A stretch of 64,000 nt of DNA, taken from Lama guanicoe (taxonomy: Eukaryota). The DNA lies in NCBI GenBank assembly GCA_013239625.1, contig MU054400.1, forward strand, positions 2,826,282 through 2,890,281, read 5' to 3'. Shown here in pieces: positions 63,886-64,000 of the stretch. The notes beneath the pieces are model-generated. The model did no database searches, had not been told where the DNA came from, and saw nothing but the letters and a program-made list of their open reading frames with translations. Position 1 is the first letter of the stretch, and every line of letters starts with the position of its first letter. A program made the position numbers and the translations under genes.

Positions 63886-64000
63886 GTGTATTTATGCACA
63901 CACCTGCATATGCTTGAAAGAGTACGTGTGTGAGCAGATATTCTGTTAACCATATATATCAGAGTCTTTTTGTAAAATAAAACCCTGATATTTTTATAAG

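Noticed and set aside
1..64000. CRISPR array, operon, tRNA/rRNA or novel RT-based system
   Set aside because: No regularly spaced repeats, no gene-dense structure and no recognisable structural RNA; the only intact RT segment is canonical L1 ORF2.

Overview
This is eutherian mammalian genomic DNA, most likely a large intron or gene-poor intergenic stretch. I found no recognisable host protein-coding exon, RNA gene, CRISPR array or prokaryotic system. Best-supported features: (1) a young, 5'-truncated, minus-strand LINE-1 (5800-7937). Its ORF2 segment (RT motifs through the CCHC knuckle) is uninterrupted, it has a perfect 15-bp TSD, and it landed inside a MIR. (2) A full-length processed pseudogene of ribosomal protein RPL12 (28417-29050, minus) with a 5'TOP-like start, polyA remnant and 17-bp TSD. 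(3) Three older L1 3' fragments with TSDs. The rest is ancient interspersed repeats (MIR, L2, MER58, MER5, MER53, MER91, MER102-like, Tigger-type MITEs, mariner MARNA, MLT1/LTR16-type LTRs), microsatellites and a few candidate regulatory motifs (CTCF, RFX X-box, D-box). The L1 3'UTR style and apparent lack of young SINEs suggest a cetartiodactyl, plausibly a camelid (inference only). Repeat names come from recalled consensus sequences, not a database search, and their boundaries are approximate. Nearly all ORF-track entries look spurious. I cannot support a claim of a new biological system here; the findings are mostly retrotransposition events and regulatory candidates.
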